From NCBI GenBank assembly GCA_030602785.1, contig JAUVZB010000002.1:47550-111549 (forward strand): 64,000 bases of DNA, in the 5' to 3' direction. The notes beneath the pieces were generated by a model. The model worked only from the letters and a program-made list of their open reading frames with translations. It did not search any database and was not told the DNA's origin. How positions within the stretch are numbered: position 1 is the stretch's first letter; every line of letters begins with the position of its first letter. Below, piece by piece: positions 49,250 through 59,722 of this stretch. The DNA comes from Dehalococcoidia bacterium (lineage in GTDB: Bacteria; Chloroflexota; Dehalococcoidia; GIF9; AB-539-J10). The position numbers were made by a program, and so were the translations under genes.

Positions 49250-49752
49250 AACTTCGCATCGCTATCGCGGCAGACCACGGAGGCTTCGACCTCAAGCAGG
49301 AGCTTGTGCGGCGGCTGGCAGACGCAGTCGACTTCCTTGATCTGGGGGCGGATTCCTACGATTCAAGCGACGACTATCCTGACTTTGCGATTGCGGCCGC
49401 GCGAGCCGTCTCATCCGGCGACGTTCAGCGCACGGTTGTCATCTGCGGCAGCGGCGTTGGAGCATCCATCGCGTGCAACAAGGTTCCGGGCGTACGCGCA
49501 GGGCTCTGTCACGACACATACTCGGCCCACCAGGGCGTGGAACATGACGACATGAATGCCCTTTGCATGGGCGCCCGGGTGATAGGAATCGAGCTGGCCA
49601 CAGAGATTGTCGCGGCATTCCTGATGGCCCGGTTCTCAGGCGAGGAGCGCCATCTGAGACGTATCGACAAAATCATGGCAATCGAGCAGGGCTGGGCCAC
49701 GAAAGAAGAAAACGAGGAGGAACCTGCAGACATAGATGACAACGCCGACTGA
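49246..49752 (+). CDS. rpiB: Ribose 5-phosphate isomerase B
   Basis: [35 protein letters not shown]. Confidence 0.96.
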   Translation: MKLRIAIAADHGGFDLKQELVRRLADAVDFLDLGADSYDSSDDYPDFAIAAARAVSSGDVQRTVVICGSGVGASIACNKVPGVRAGLCHDTYSAHQGVEHDDMNALCMGARVIGIELATEIVAAFLMARFSGEERHLRRIDKIMAIEQGWATKEENEEEPADIDDNAD

Positions 49753-51394
49753 ATCCTACGACTCCTACGCCTTCCCGCCAGACGTGGCGCACTCCGTCGA
49801 CCAGTGTCTCGCGGAAGTCGACGGAATCCGTTTCAACGAGCGCATCCGGGCCCACGATGCGACACTGTGGCAGGGTGACTCTGAAGCAATCGGCGAGCGT
49901 CTCGGCTGGCTTCACGTGGGCGACACCATGCGGCAACACGAAGAGCGTCTGCTGCAGTTCGCGGAGGAGGTCCGACAGGAAGGATTCACAGACGCTGTGC
50001 TGCTTGGAATGGGAGGAAGCAGCCTGGGCGCCCACGTCATCGGCCAGGTTGCCGGGACCGGCGCCAACAGCCCCAGGCTTCACGTCCTCGACTCAACAGT
50101 GCCGGGAGCGGTCCACGCAGTAGCCGGCAACGTTGCACTTGACCGGACACTCTTCATCGTCTCCTCGAAATCGGGCGGCACTCTCGAGCCGAACCTGTTG
50201 TACGATTTCTTCCGCTCGACGGTCGAGCGCGAACTCGGGGCGAAGGATTCGGGCGGCCATTTCATCGCCATCACGGATCCCGGCACGTCTCTCGCGGAGC
50301 TTGCGAGCCAGAAAGGCTTCCGAAGGCTGTTCCTGAACCCACCGGACATCGGCGGCCGTTTCTCCGTGCTTTCACTCTTCGGCCTTGTTCCCGGAGCGAT
50401 AGCCGGAGTCGAGGCAGGCCGCCTGCTCAACAGCGCCAGGCACATGGCGCATTCATGTGCGGCCACGTCAGGTGCCGCCGGGAACCCCGGTGCGTGGCTT
50501 GGCGCATACCTGGTTGGCTGCGCCCGCACAGGCCGTGACAAGCTCACGTTCATCACCTCTCCGAGACTCGGAGGCTTCGGATTGTGGGCAGAGCAATTGC
50601 TCGCGGAGAGCACCGGGAAGAATGGGCAGGGGATTGTCCCGGTAGTGGATGAGCCTTTCGCGCCACCGGAGTCCTACGCAAATGACAGGGCATTCGTGTA
50701 CGTCCGTCTAGAAGGAGATTCGAACCAGGAAAGCGACAGACATGCTCAGCTCGTGGTGGAGGCAGGCTTGCCGTGTGTGACTTTCGGACTGAGAGATGGT
50801 GACTCCCTCGGCTCAGAGTTCTTCCGCTGGGAGTATGCGACTGCGGTCGCCGGGGCCCTCCTCCAGATTGACCCCTTCGACCAGCCGGACGTACAGAGCG
50901 CCAAGGAGGCCACGGGCCAAATCCTCGCGGAATTCGTGTCTGCAGGCGCGCTGCCAGCCATGACCTCACGTGCCGGAGTTCTCAAGGAACTTCGCGACCT
51001 GAGGGCGCCCTCCTATCTTGCACTTCTCGCGTACCTCCGTGAGACCGCCGAGATGAACAGCGTGTTCTCGGAGTTCCGCAGCCAGATAGTCGCTGCTCGC
51101 CGAACCGCCACAACCCTCGGCTACGGTCCGCGCTACCTGCACTCAACAGGTCAGCTTCACAAAGGAGGACCTGACTCGGGCCTCTTCATCCTGCTCACCG
51201 CCCGGCGGACTGAAGATGACCGTATTCCAGGACGACCCCACGGCTTCGGCGTCGTGTCGCAGGCCCAGGCTATCGGTGATTTCAGGGCTCTCTCACAGCG
51301 CGGAAGAGCGGTGCTGCACATAGAGTTGCCTTCCGAGGACCCGCAGGAACTGCGTGCGGTTCTGAGCAAACTGGCCGGACCGGACACGGATTGA
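49736..51394 (+). CDS. pgi: Glucose-6-phosphate isomerase of the Tal-Pgi C-terminal-domain type
   Basis: GMGGSSLG, SSKSGGTLE, DIGGRFS, EQLLAESTGK, PFDQPDV..AK, GPRYLHSTGQLHKGG. Confidence 0.85.
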   Translation: MTTPTESYDSYAFPPDVAHSVDQCLAEVDGIRFNERIRAHDATLWQGDSEAIGERLGWLHVGDTMRQHEERLLQFAEEVRQEGFTDAVLLGMGGSSLGAHVIGQVAGTGANSPRLHVLDSTVPGAVHAVAGNVALDRTLFIVSSKSGGTLEPNLLYDFFRSTVERELGAKDSGGHFIAITDPGTSLAELASQKGFRRLFLNPPDIGGRFSVLSLFGLVPGAIAGVEAGRLLNSARHMAHSCAATSGAAGNPGAWLGAYLVGCARTGRDKLTFITSPRLGGFGLWAEQLLAESTGKNGQGIVPVVDEPFAPPESYANDRAFVYVRLEGDSNQESDRHAQLVVEAGLPCVTFGLRDGDSLGSEFFRWEYATAVAGALLQIDPFDQPDVQSAKEATGQILAEFVSAGALPAMTSRAGVLKELRDLRAPSYLALLAYLRETAEMNSVFSEFRSQIVAARRTATTLGYGPRYLHSTGQLHKGGPDSGLFILLTARRTEDDRIPGRPHGFGVVSQAQAIGDFRALSQRGRAVLHIELPSEDPQELRAVLSKLAGPDTD

Positions 51395-51485
51395 GACAAC
51401 ACAACCCCTGGTCGTGGCCCGAGTAGCGGCACATTTCACATGTGCTGGAGCTTTCTCGGATTCGTCAGCCCGTCTGCAGCGTGTG

Positions 51486-52169
51486 TCAGCCGGTTGCCCG
51501 GTCATCCGACCGACCGGACGCAGCTCTCCCGGCGAGAGTCACCAACCGCTCATATGCCAGCGGCGGTTCGGGTTGCAGAAAGATAGCGCTTCCCACGCAG
51601 ATGGAGTCCGCGCCAGAACGCACAACATCTCCTATGTTGCTCTCCTTGACTCCTCCGTCAACCTCGATCTCCAGCGCCGGAGCCAGAGTACGCAGTTCCC
51701 GCACTTTGTCGAGGACCACCGGAACGAATAGGCTGCCATAGTAGCCGGGAGTCACAGTAAGCAGAAGCAGCACATCCAGGCGGTCCAGCAGGTGAAGGAC
51801 GGTGTCGACAGGAGTTTCAGGATTGAGCGCAAGGCCAACATCCAGCCCCAACTCCCTCGCGGCCCGGATGGAAACGACTGGATCTCCTGACGCCTCCTGA
51901 TGGAAGATGACCCGCTGCGCGCCGGCACGCTTCATGGGAGCGAAGTACGTTTCAGGGCACTGCACCATCAAGTGTGCTTCCCAGTCGAACGGCAGAACCG
52001 TCGACTGCAGATCATCGGCCGTGATACTACGAGCGGGAACGAAATCCCCGTCCATGACATCCACCTGAACGAACGTGGCAAAACCTGCTGCAACACCTGC
52101 CATCGTGGAGAGAGCCGATGCATTGTCGGTGAGCAGCGCCGGCACAACCCGTACCCTTCTGTCCGTCAT
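51486..52169 (-). CDS. rpe: Ribulose-phosphate 3-epimerase
   Basis: VDVMDGDFVP, EAHLMV, LNPETP, TVTPG, EVDGGV, VGSAIF. Confidence 0.94.
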   Translation of the reverse strand: MTDRRVRVVPALLTDNASALSTMAGVAAGFATFVQVDVMDGDFVPARSITADDLQSTVLPFDWEAHLMVQCPETYFAPMKRAGAQRVIFHQEASGDPVVSIRAARELGLDVGLALNPETPVDTVLHLLDRLDVLLLLTVTPGYYGSLFVPVVLDKVRELRTLAPALEIEVDGGVKESNIGDVVRSGADSICVGSAIFLQPEPPLAYERLVTLAGRAASGRSDDRATG

Positions 52170-52456
52170 CTGTTCCCTGTTCACAATTGTGCCTGGAGCT
52201 CTCGTGCAGGATTCCATATCGCGCTCTGCAGGCGCGCGAGGCAACCCCACAGGAGCCGGTGTCCCGCACTCATGGCAAGGCTACCGCTACCACTCCCACC
52301 AGACAGGCGTTCGGCCGACGTCTGTGTCATGCGCCACCTCACCGCATGACAGGCGCGCTATGAGACCGGAGCTGCACGCGGAGGGATGTCCATTCGGAAG
52401 AAGAAACTCGCCGCTGACACAGGATGCCTCACGCACTGCCCCAGGAGTATTCGAGA

Positions 52457-52532
52457 TGGTGGAGCTGATGGGATTCGAACCCACTACCTTCTGACTGCCA
52501 GTCAGACGCTCTCCCGATTGAGCTACAGCCCC
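52457..52532 (-). tRNA. tRNA-Ala (GGC)
   Basis: GGGGCTG..TCTGA-CTGGCAG-TCAGA..GTTCGAATC..CTCCACCA. Confidence 0.96.
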
Positions 52533-52574
52533 GCTGAGCGACAAATATACCGTATGGAGCGATGCCCACACAAG

Positions 52575-53138
52575 TTAGACGCTGAGGCCGAGCCACTGGA
52601 GCACGGTTCGGATGCCGAAGTAGCCGACGTAGGCAAGCAGGAGGTTCTTCAGGGTCCTGCCCAGCAACGTCAGGAAGAAGAACTTGCCTATCTTCACGCG
52701 CATCACCCCCATCCACACGGCGAAGGGGTAGTAGATGGGGTTGATGAGGACTGCCATGAGAAACATCGCCTTCGAGCCGTGCCTCTGCATGAGCCCGGAG
52801 AAGCGTTGCTCCATCTCACTGCTGAGCAGCAGGCCACGTCCGCCATACCCGGTTAGATAGGCCCCCACGGCGCCGGTGGCCTCTCCAAGGCCGGCGACAA
52901 CGCCAACGACGGCCGGATGGAGGACTCCGCCTAGCGTGAACGTTATCACTGCGCCCATCCCGGGAACGACAAAAGTCCCGGTTGCGAATACATTGATGAG
53001 GAAGCAGCCGACGTAGCCCCACTGCGAAATCTCATCCAGGTACTCGCGGTGCCGGAGGATCAGGACGCAGAGAACCACAGTGCCTACGACGGAAGCCGCC
53101 GCAATAGCGAACTCACGTCGCGATGCCTTTATCTCCAC
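52575..53138 (-). CDS. VTT/DedA (SNARE-associated) membrane protein
   Basis: GLGEATG...YLTGYGGR, FFFLTLLGRTLK, hydrophobic. Confidence 0.82.
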   Translation of the reverse strand: MEIKASRREFAIAAASVVGTVVLCVLILRHREYLDEISQWGYVGCFLINVFATGTFVVPGMGAVITFTLGGVLHPAVVGVVAGLGEATGAVGAYLTGYGGRGLLLSSEMEQRFSGLMQRHGSKAMFLMAVLINPIYYPFAVWMGVMRVKIGKFFFLTLLGRTLKNLLLAYVGYFGIRTVLQWLGLSV

Positions 53139-53188
53139 AGGGGCGAATTATACCCTATGAGAACACCACGTAGGACGCCTCGACCGCC

Positions 53189-55648
53189 TCAATCGCTGAG
53201 AAGCTGCTCCCGTTCGTTGACTATGAACGCCAGCTCGTCGTCCTGCACGGCGACTCTCACACGATCGCCGTCACGAATCTCCCCGCTGAGAAGTCGAGCC
53301 GAAAGGGGGTTCTCAACGTGTTTCTCGATGGCGCGTCGAAGGGGTCGCGCGCCGTAGACAGGGTCATGCCCCCTGCTGATAAGCCACATCCTGGCCTCAT
53401 CATCCACTTCGAGCCTCACGTCGCGCTCGCCAAGACGTTCCTCCGTCTCTCGCAGCATCAACTCGATTATCTTCCGGAGGTGCTCCTCACCCAGCGGGCG
53501 GAAAATCACGATATCGTCAATCCTGTTGAGCAACTCGGGCCGGAACGTCCGCTTCAGCTCCGCCTCGATGCTCTTGCGCATGTCGGACTCTCCCGGGTCT
53601 TCGCCTCGAGCGAAACCGACAGCCTGACGCTGGAACTCCGACGTTCCGAGGTTACTCGTCATTATCACAACCGTGTTCTTGAAGTCGACTGAACGTCCGT
53701 GCCCGTCTGTCAACCTGCCGTCCTCAAGCAACTGAAGCAGTATGTTGAAGACGTCAGGATGCGCCTTCTCAATCTCGTCGAAGAGGATGAGACGGTAGGG
53801 TCTGCGCCTGACAGCTTCGGTGAGCTGTCCTCCCTCGTCATACCCGACGTACCCGGGAGGAGCTCCTATCAGGCGGGACACAGTGTGCTTCTCCATGTAC
53901 TCGGACATATCGAGCCGCACAATGGCGTCTTCGTTATCAAAAAGGAACCACGCCAGCGCACGAGCGAGTTCCGTCTTCCCAACGCCTGTCGGGCCGAGGA
54001 AGATGAAACTGCCTATCGGCCTGCGGGGGTTCTTGAGTCCAGCCCTGCTGCGCCGTATCGCCTCAGATACTGCCGACACGGCCTCCTCCTGGTCGACAAG
54101 GCGTTCGTGCAGTCGCGCCTCCATGTTCACAAGCTTGCCCGCCTCCGCCTCAAGCATGCGGGCCACAGGTATACCGGTCCACTGTGACACCATGGTGGCA
54201 ATATCCTCATCTCTGACAACGCCATCAAGTCGTTTCTCTGCCTGCCACCGGCACTTCACGTCGTTGTACTCGGTCTCCAATCTGGAAATCTCGGCTTTCA
54301 GGGAGACCGCTTCCTCATAGTCCTGCCGCTGCGCCGCGGAGTCCTCCCTGTCATGCAGATGGCGAATGCGCAGTTCACGTCCCTTGACCTCTGCGGGCGC
54401 GCTCTCCATATCCAGTCGCATCTTGCTCGCAGCCTCATCGATGAGGTCGATGGCCTTGTCGGGCAGGAACCTGTCGGAGATGTACCGCTCGGAGAGCTTC
54501 GCGGCCGCCTCGAGCGCGGAATCATCAATCTTCACCGTCTTGTGATGAGCTTCGTAGCGGGGTCGGAGAGCCTTCAGTATCTCCAGCGTTGTCGCGATGT
54601 CAGGCTCACCCACGAAGACCGGCTGGAAGCGCCGTTCGAGCGCCCTGTCCTTCTCGACAAACCGCCTATACTCGTCAAGAGTCGTCGCTCCCACGCACTG
54701 GAGTTCCCCCCGTGCGAGGGCGGGTTTGAGCATATTGCTCGCATCTATGGCGCCTTCGGCCGCACCGGCACCTACCACGGTGTGAAGCTCGTCGATGAAG
54801 AGAATCACCTCTCCGCTCGCCTGGTGAACTTCGTCAAGGACCGCCTTAAACCTCTCCTCGAACTCGCCTCTGAACTTGGCGCCCGCAACAAGCGCCGCCA
54901 TGTCGAGTGCGACCACCCGCTTGTCTCTCAGCGAACCGGGAACATCCTCCGCGACAACCCGCTGCGCCAGTCCTTCTGCAATCGCCGTCTTTCCGACGCC
55001 CGCATCGCCTATCAGGACCGGGTTGTTCTTCGTGCGCCTTGAGAGAATCTGAATGGTGCGCCGGATCTCCTCGTCTCTCCCGATAACAGGGTCAAGCCGC
55101 CCCTGTCGCGCCATCTCGGTGAGATCATGGCCATACTTCTCGAGCGAGCGATACTTGCTCTCCGCGTGCTGGTCGGTCACGCGGTGTCCACCACGTATGG
55201 TCTGAAGGACCTGATAGACTCGCTCCTGGCTGATTCCAAAATCACTCAGGATCCTGGCTGACTCCCCTGTCCTCTCGCCTGCCATGGCAATCAGCATGTG
55301 CTCCGTGCTGATGAATTCGTCGCGAAAACGCTCGGCCTCCTGCCTCGCGCCTTCCACTACTTGCAGGGCACGCGGTGTCGCGTATATCTGTGTGCCTTCG
55401 TACGCAACCTTGGGAAGGGATTCCAGGGAGCGTCGCAGGGCACTCCGAAGCTGGTCGCCGTCGACTCCCAGCTCCTGCAGGATGCGCCCCATCAAGCCAC
55501 CCTTCTGCTCCACCAGCGCCAGCGCAATATGCTCTACATCCCACTGGTTGTGCCGGAACTCCCGAACGTATTCCTGCGAGGCAGCCAGTACCTGCTGCGC
55601 CTGCTCGGTGAACTTGTCCGGGGTGAGGGGCCCGATTCCCTGTTCCAT
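53189..55648 (-). CDS. Second Clp/Hsp100 ATPase (ClpB-like N-terminus, ClpC-like middle domain)
   Basis: [10 protein letters not shown]-domain, [16 protein letters not shown], short coiled coil with QDYEEA, VGF loop, 819 aa. Confidence 0.92.
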   Translation of the reverse strand: MEQGIGPLTPDKFTEQAQQVLAASQEYVREFRHNQWDVEHIALALVEQKGGLMGRILQELGVDGDQLRSALRRSLESLPKVAYEGTQIYATPRALQVVEGARQEAERFRDEFISTEHMLIAMAGERTGESARILSDFGISQERVYQVLQTIRGGHRVTDQHAESKYRSLEKYGHDLTEMARQGRLDPVIGRDEEIRRTIQILSRRTKNNPVLIGDAGVGKTAIAEGLAQRVVAEDVPGSLRDKRVVALDMAALVAGAKFRGEFEERFKAVLDEVHQASGEVILFIDELHTVVGAGAAEGAIDASNMLKPALARGELQCVGATTLDEYRRFVEKDRALERRFQPVFVGEPDIATTLEILKALRPRYEAHHKTVKIDDSALEAAAKLSERYISDRFLPDKAIDLIDEAASKMRLDMESAPAEVKGRELRIRHLHDREDSAAQRQDYEEAVSLKAEISRLETEYNDVKCRWQAEKRLDGVVRDEDIATMVSQWTGIPVARMLEAEAGKLVNMEARLHERLVDQEEAVSAVSEAIRRSRAGLKNPRRPIGSFIFLGPTGVGKTELARALAWFLFDNEDAIVRLDMSEYMEKHTVSRLIGAPPGYVGYDEGGQLTEAVRRRPYRLILFDEIEKAHPDVFNILLQLLEDGRLTDGHGRSVDFKNTVVIMTSNLGTSEFQRQAVGFARGEDPGESDMRKSIEAELKRTFRPELLNRIDDIVIFRPLGEEHLRKIIELMLRETEERLGERDVRLEVDDEARMWLISRGHDPVYGARPLRRAIEKHVENPLSARLLSGEIRDGDRVRVAVQDDELAFIVNEREQLLSD

Positions 55649-55657
55649 GCCCGTCTG

Positions 55658-56116
55658 CTATTCCTCGACATCCGGGCCGGTGGCGCCGTTGACGCCGCGC
55701 CTCCTGCGCTCCAGCCGGCCAAGCCTGCTGGACATCCCGGCCACTTCCCGCTGCAGGTCATCCATTCGCTTCATGAGTGCCAGTGCAAACTGGACTCCGG
55801 CTGAATTCAAGCCAAGGTCATTCATCAGCGTCCTGACACAACGAAGGTGATCGACGTCCTCTTGTGAGTAGAGTCTCGTGTTGCCACCCGAGCGACCGGG
55901 ATGGACAAAGCCCAGACGCTCGTAGTGTCGAAGTCGGTGTGCCTCTATGCCCACCATTCTCGACGCGACACTAATCACGTAGCGAGGCTCTGAGTGACCC
56001 GGTCCACGAACGCTTGAGTCGAGCAGGTGACACAGAGCGTCACAGGCGAGGCGCATCTCATCCGGGATTTCGACTGCCTGCCGGGCCGGCTCGCTCGCAT
56101 CACTGGGCATGCTCAT
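55658..56116 (-). CDS. hspR: MerR-family heat-shock repressor, HspR-like
   Basis: YVISVASRMVG..HRLRHYERLG.V.P.RS.GNTRLYS..D, DLGLNSAGV. GGAGGT RBS, upstream of a Clp gene. Confidence 0.85.
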   Translation of the reverse strand: MSMPSDASEPARQAVEIPDEMRLACDALCHLLDSSVRGPGHSEPRYVISVASRMVGIEAHRLRHYERLGFVHPGRSGGNTRLYSQEDVDHLRCVRTLMNDLGLNSAGVQFALALMKRMDDLQREVAGMSSRLGRLERRRRGVNGATGPDVEE

Positions 56117-56130
56117 CGCCTCTCACCTCC

Positions 56131-56177
56131 ACGTGACTCACGTATGAATTGTACGGCAAATCTAGATTTGTTGTCAA
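56131..56177 (-). promoter_or_regulatory. hspR-clp promoter with two palindromes
   Basis: TTGACA-18 bp-TACAAT. The spacer holds the perfect palindrome CAAATCTAGATTTG (56157-56170), and ACGTGA-C-TCACGT lies at 56131-56143. Confidence 0.75.
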
Positions 56178-56330
56178 GGACGCGTATGAAATCTCACATC
56201 GCCTTGTAGGCTCCGGCACACGGATTCGGGGAACTGACCCGCGAAAGCCACTGCGGATATGCTCTCCATCACGCTCGTGCCGGACATCCTGCACGAGAAA
56301 GGCGCCTCCGAAGGACAAGGTCCATATTCC

Positions 56331-56900
56331 TCATTTCTCAGCAGTGTCGAGCAGGTCAACCAGATGCCTCAGTATGCGACCCGTGGCCCCCCAGATAACG
56401 TGTCCGTCATAGTCACACACAGGCCCGGAGTAGTAGTACTCACCGATGGCACGTTCCTGGTGCCGGAACCTCTGAGGGTCCATCAGGACCGCGAGTGGAA
56501 CGCAGAAGATATCCTTCGTCTCCTGTTCATTCGCGTGAAAAACGTAGGGGTAGGGAATGAAGCCGACGAAAGGCGTTATCACGTAGCCAGTGCTCGCCAC
56601 AACGTTGTCATCTATCTCCCCTATCACATCGACGTCCTCAGGCCGCAGGCCTGTCTCCTCCCACGCCTCCCGGAGCGCCGTCTCAAGAAGGCTGTCGTCC
56701 TCTACCTGGCTTGTGCCGCCGGGGAAGCAGACCTGCCCCTTGTGCAAGCCAACTTCTTCGGTGCGTTCCGTGAGCAGGACATGCAATTCGCCATCCTTGC
56801 ACAGGAGCGGAATCAGCACTGCCGACGGCACAAGATGCCGCCCGTCAAACGGGCGCTTCTCATAGCGAGCGACAACCCCACGCACATCCTCCCTGTTCAC
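56331..56900 (-). CDS. Nudix CoA pyrophosphatase
   Basis: [40 protein letters not shown]. Confidence 0.92.
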   Translation of the reverse strand: MNREDVRGVVARYEKRPFDGRHLVPSAVLIPLLCKDGELHVLLTERTEEVGLHKGQVCFPGGTSQVEDDSLLETALREAWEETGLRPEDVDVIGEIDDNVVASTGYVITPFVGFIPYPYVFHANEQETKDIFCVPLAVLMDPQRFRHQERAIGEYYYSGPVCDYDGHVIWGATGRILRHLVDLLDTAEK

Positions 56901-57025
56901 GGTTCGATTATAGCACCGGCAATGGCCGAACCCGGTCGCGCCTGCAGGGCGACTGCGAGTTCGTTCGCGGCATTTGTCATCTCCTGCGTCGCGCATTTAC
57001 AATGAGGGGTTCGGAGCATAAGCGA

Positions 57026-58081
57026 ATGCAGGTAAGCCGCGACTACTATGAGGTCCTTGGTGTCACTCGCGATGCCAGTGGCGAGGAGGTCAGGAAGGCG
57101 TTCAGGAAGCTGGCCTTCCAATACCATCCCGACCGCAACCGCGATCCCGGGGCCGAGGAGAGCTTCAAGGAGATTAATGAGGCCTATCAGTGCCTCTGCG
57201 ATCCGGCCAAGCGCCAGACATACGACCTGTACGGTCACTCGGGCCAGCGGACACCAGGATTCGAGGACTTCGGCTTTGGTGGCCTGGGCGAGATATTCGA
57301 CACGTTCTTTGGCAGCGCCTTTGGTGACTCGGCCGCGCGTGCTCCACGTCAAGGGGAGAGCTTCCAGGTCAGAGCACGGATCTCACTTGAGGAGGCGGCA
57401 TTCGGCTGCCTCCGCGAGTTCACTGTCAAGCGGAGAGAATCGTGCGCCGAATGCAGGGGAACGGGATGCGCCCCCGGGACAGCACCACTCAGGTGCCCCG
57501 ATTGCCGGGGTAGCGGAAAGCTCAGAAGGGTTGAGCAAAGCATTTTCGGCCGCTTCAGTCACGTTGTGCGGTGTCCCAAGTGTGGAGGGACAGGGTTCGT
57601 GGTGGCGCAACCGTGCTCGGCATGCAACGGGGCCACAGTGGTGACGGGAACCCGCACTCTGAAGACACAGGTGCCTGCGGGCGTCGACAGCGGCAGCGTT
57701 ATCACTCTCAAGGGACAGGGAAGCATCGGGCCGAACGGTGGGCGACCGGGAGACGTTCTCATTGCTGTGGAGGTCACTCCCCATGAGCTATTCCTCAGGG
57801 ACGGCCTCGACATCCACTGCGAGATTCCCGTCAACTTTGCGCAGGCCGCTCTCGGCACCGATTTGGAGGCACCCTTCCTGGGAGGAACCACCTCTGTCCA
57901 CGTACCGGCAAATACACAGACGGGGAAGGTCCTGCGCCTCAAGGGGAAGGGTATTCACGAGCAAAGCGGGCGACATCATGGCGACCACTTCGTCCACATC
58001 AAGGTCGTCACGCCCAGAAAGCTGAATCGCGACCAGCGCAGGCTATTCGAGGAACTGGCCAGGACACTGCCTGCGGAGTAG
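57026..58081 (+). CDS. dnaJ: Chaperone DnaJ
   Basis: [12 protein letters not shown], four CxxCxG(x)G-type repeats, C-terminal domain. Confidence 0.96.
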   Translation: MQVSRDYYEVLGVTRDASGEEVRKAFRKLAFQYHPDRNRDPGAEESFKEINEAYQCLCDPAKRQTYDLYGHSGQRTPGFEDFGFGGLGEIFDTFFGSAFGDSAARAPRQGESFQVRARISLEEAAFGCLREFTVKRRESCAECRGTGCAPGTAPLRCPDCRGSGKLRRVEQSIFGRFSHVVRCPKCGGTGFVVAQPCSACNGATVVTGTRTLKTQVPAGVDSGSVITLKGQGSIGPNGGRPGDVLIAVEVTPHELFLRDGLDIHCEIPVNFAQAALGTDLEAPFLGGTTSVHVPANTQTGKVLRLKGKGIHEQSGRHHGDHFVHIKVVTPRKLNRDQRRLFEELARTLPAE

Positions 58082-58107
58082 CAGACACGGAGGCGAGGGA
58101 CTCCTCA

Positions 58108-59067
58108 TCAAGAGCGCTGGACCTGGCTCGTGAATCTGGCAACCGTCCTCGCGACAGGGTAGCCCTCGAAAAGGATTCGGTAGATGGCCATCATGATTGG
58201 CGCTTCCACTCCCAGTTCGCTCACCAGCCGCTGCACTGCCCGCGTGGTGTGGACGCCTTCTGCGACGTGATGCATTGAGTCCAGCACGTCATCAAGACGC
58301 CGTCCGCGAGCTATTTCGCGGCCCACATAGTGATTCCGGCTGAGGTCGCTGACACAGGTTGCCACGACATCTCCGAAGCCTGCCAGACCGTAGAACGTGG
58401 CCTCCCGGGCGCCAAGAGCAGCGCCAAATGAGATGACCTCGCTCCATGTGAAAGCGATGAACGCCGCTTTCGCGTTGTCGCCGAGGGCAAGCCCATCCAT
58501 CATGCCGGCTCCCAGCGCGACGATGTTCTTGAGGGCTCCCGCCAGTTCCACACCAATAAGGTCATCGCTTGTCACAATGACGAAGCGATCAGAGCCGAAA
58601 AGGGACTGCACTTCTCTCGCAAGATCGATATCAGCCGACGCAACCACCGACGCCGCAGGCAGGCCACTTGAGATCTCTGAGGCGAGATTCGGGCCCGAGA
58701 GCGCGCAAAGCCCTCGCAGTGGACCATCTCCAAGCACGGCCTCGAGCACCTGCGTCATCCGCTTGCCTGACCCCACCTCCAGTCCTTTGGCAGCACTCAC
58801 ATGGCACACTTCGGGGTCGAACAACCCCCGGAGGCGAGTCGCGTTGGCGCGCATAGTCTGAGACGGAACAACCCACACCACGAAACGAGCACTCTCAAGG
58901 GCTTCCTCTTCTCTGTGGGTCGGACTGTAGCCAGGACCGCTGTTCTGAAGCAACAGGGTCTCCTCCTCCGACCGCGTGAGCAGCCATGCATTCAGCCCCC
59001 TCCTGGCCAGAAGCGCCGCAATGGTGTTGCCCCAGCTTGTGTTGCCGATTACCGTTACCTTTTCCAT
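58108..59067 (-). CDS. gpsA: NAD(P)H-dependent glycerol-3-phosphate dehydrogenase
   Basis: KGLE, LSGPNLA, GVELAGALKN, GLAGFGD, SRN, AEGV. Confidence 0.95.
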   Translation of the reverse strand: MEKVTVIGNTSWGNTIAALLARRGLNAWLLTRSEEETLLLQNSGPGYSPTHREEEALESARFVVWVVPSQTMRANATRLRGLFDPEVCHVSAAKGLEVGSGKRMTQVLEAVLGDGPLRGLCALSGPNLASEISSGLPAASVVASADIDLAREVQSLFGSDRFVIVTSDDLIGVELAGALKNIVALGAGMMDGLALGDNAKAAFIAFTWSEVISFGAALGAREATFYGLAGFGDVVATCVSDLSRNHYVGREIARGRRLDDVLDSMHHVAEGVHTTRAVQRLVSELGVEAPIMMAIYRILFEGYPVARTVARFTSQVQRS

Positions 59068-59083
59068 ACTCGCCGACCGAACC

Positions 59084-59722
59084 CTAGAAGAGCCGCCGTT
59101 CGGTGCCATTACGCAGACGGCCGATGTTGTCGCGGTGTTTGAAAATCAGCCAACCCGTCGCCACCACCGCGTACAGAAGGTGCGGTAGAACAACCCATCC
59201 TGTCAGGAACAACGCAAGCATCACAGAGCAGGTAGCCACACCACCGAGAAGAGAGCCGAGCGACATACGCCGGGTGGCAAGCGCAACGATGGCCAGCACC
59301 TCGATGCCGAATAGGGCCGCCGGCAGATGGATTATGCACATCGTGCCGAAGAATGCCGACACGCCTCTGCCCCCGCGGAATCTCGAGAACATGGGACGAT
59401 TGTGGCCCGCCATGGCTGCCAGACCGGCCAACCCCTGTACGACGGAGACATCGAGCACCAGAGACCCGAACCCCAGGGCGACGTGGCTCGCAACCATTGT
59501 GGCAATGATGACAGCCACTCCGGCTTTCAGCCCATCCAGAAAGAGGGTGAGAAAGCCCAGCTTCGCGCCTGCGGACCTCATCACATTCGTGGCGCCGGTC
59601 TTGCCGCTTCCGGTCTCCCGCAGGTCTTCACCTGTCTTCCACCTCGTGATGAGGATGCCGACGGGGACGGAGCCAAGGAAGTATGACAGCGCCAGAATGC
59701 CGAGCAACAAGACCGTACTCAT
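59084..59722 (-). CDS. plsY: Glycerol-3-phosphate acyltransferase
   Basis: YFLGSVP, GSGKTGATN, DGLK, GHN, FRGGRGV, KHRDNIGRL..GTE. Confidence 0.96.
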   Translation of the reverse strand: MSTVLLLGILALSYFLGSVPVGILITRWKTGEDLRETGSGKTGATNVMRSAGAKLGFLTLFLDGLKAGVAVIIATMVASHVALGFGSLVLDVSVVQGLAGLAAMAGHNRPMFSRFRGGRGVSAFFGTMCIIHLPAALFGIEVLAIVALATRRMSLGSLLGGVATCSVMLALFLTGWVVLPHLLYAVVATGWLIFKHRDNIGRLRNGTERRLF

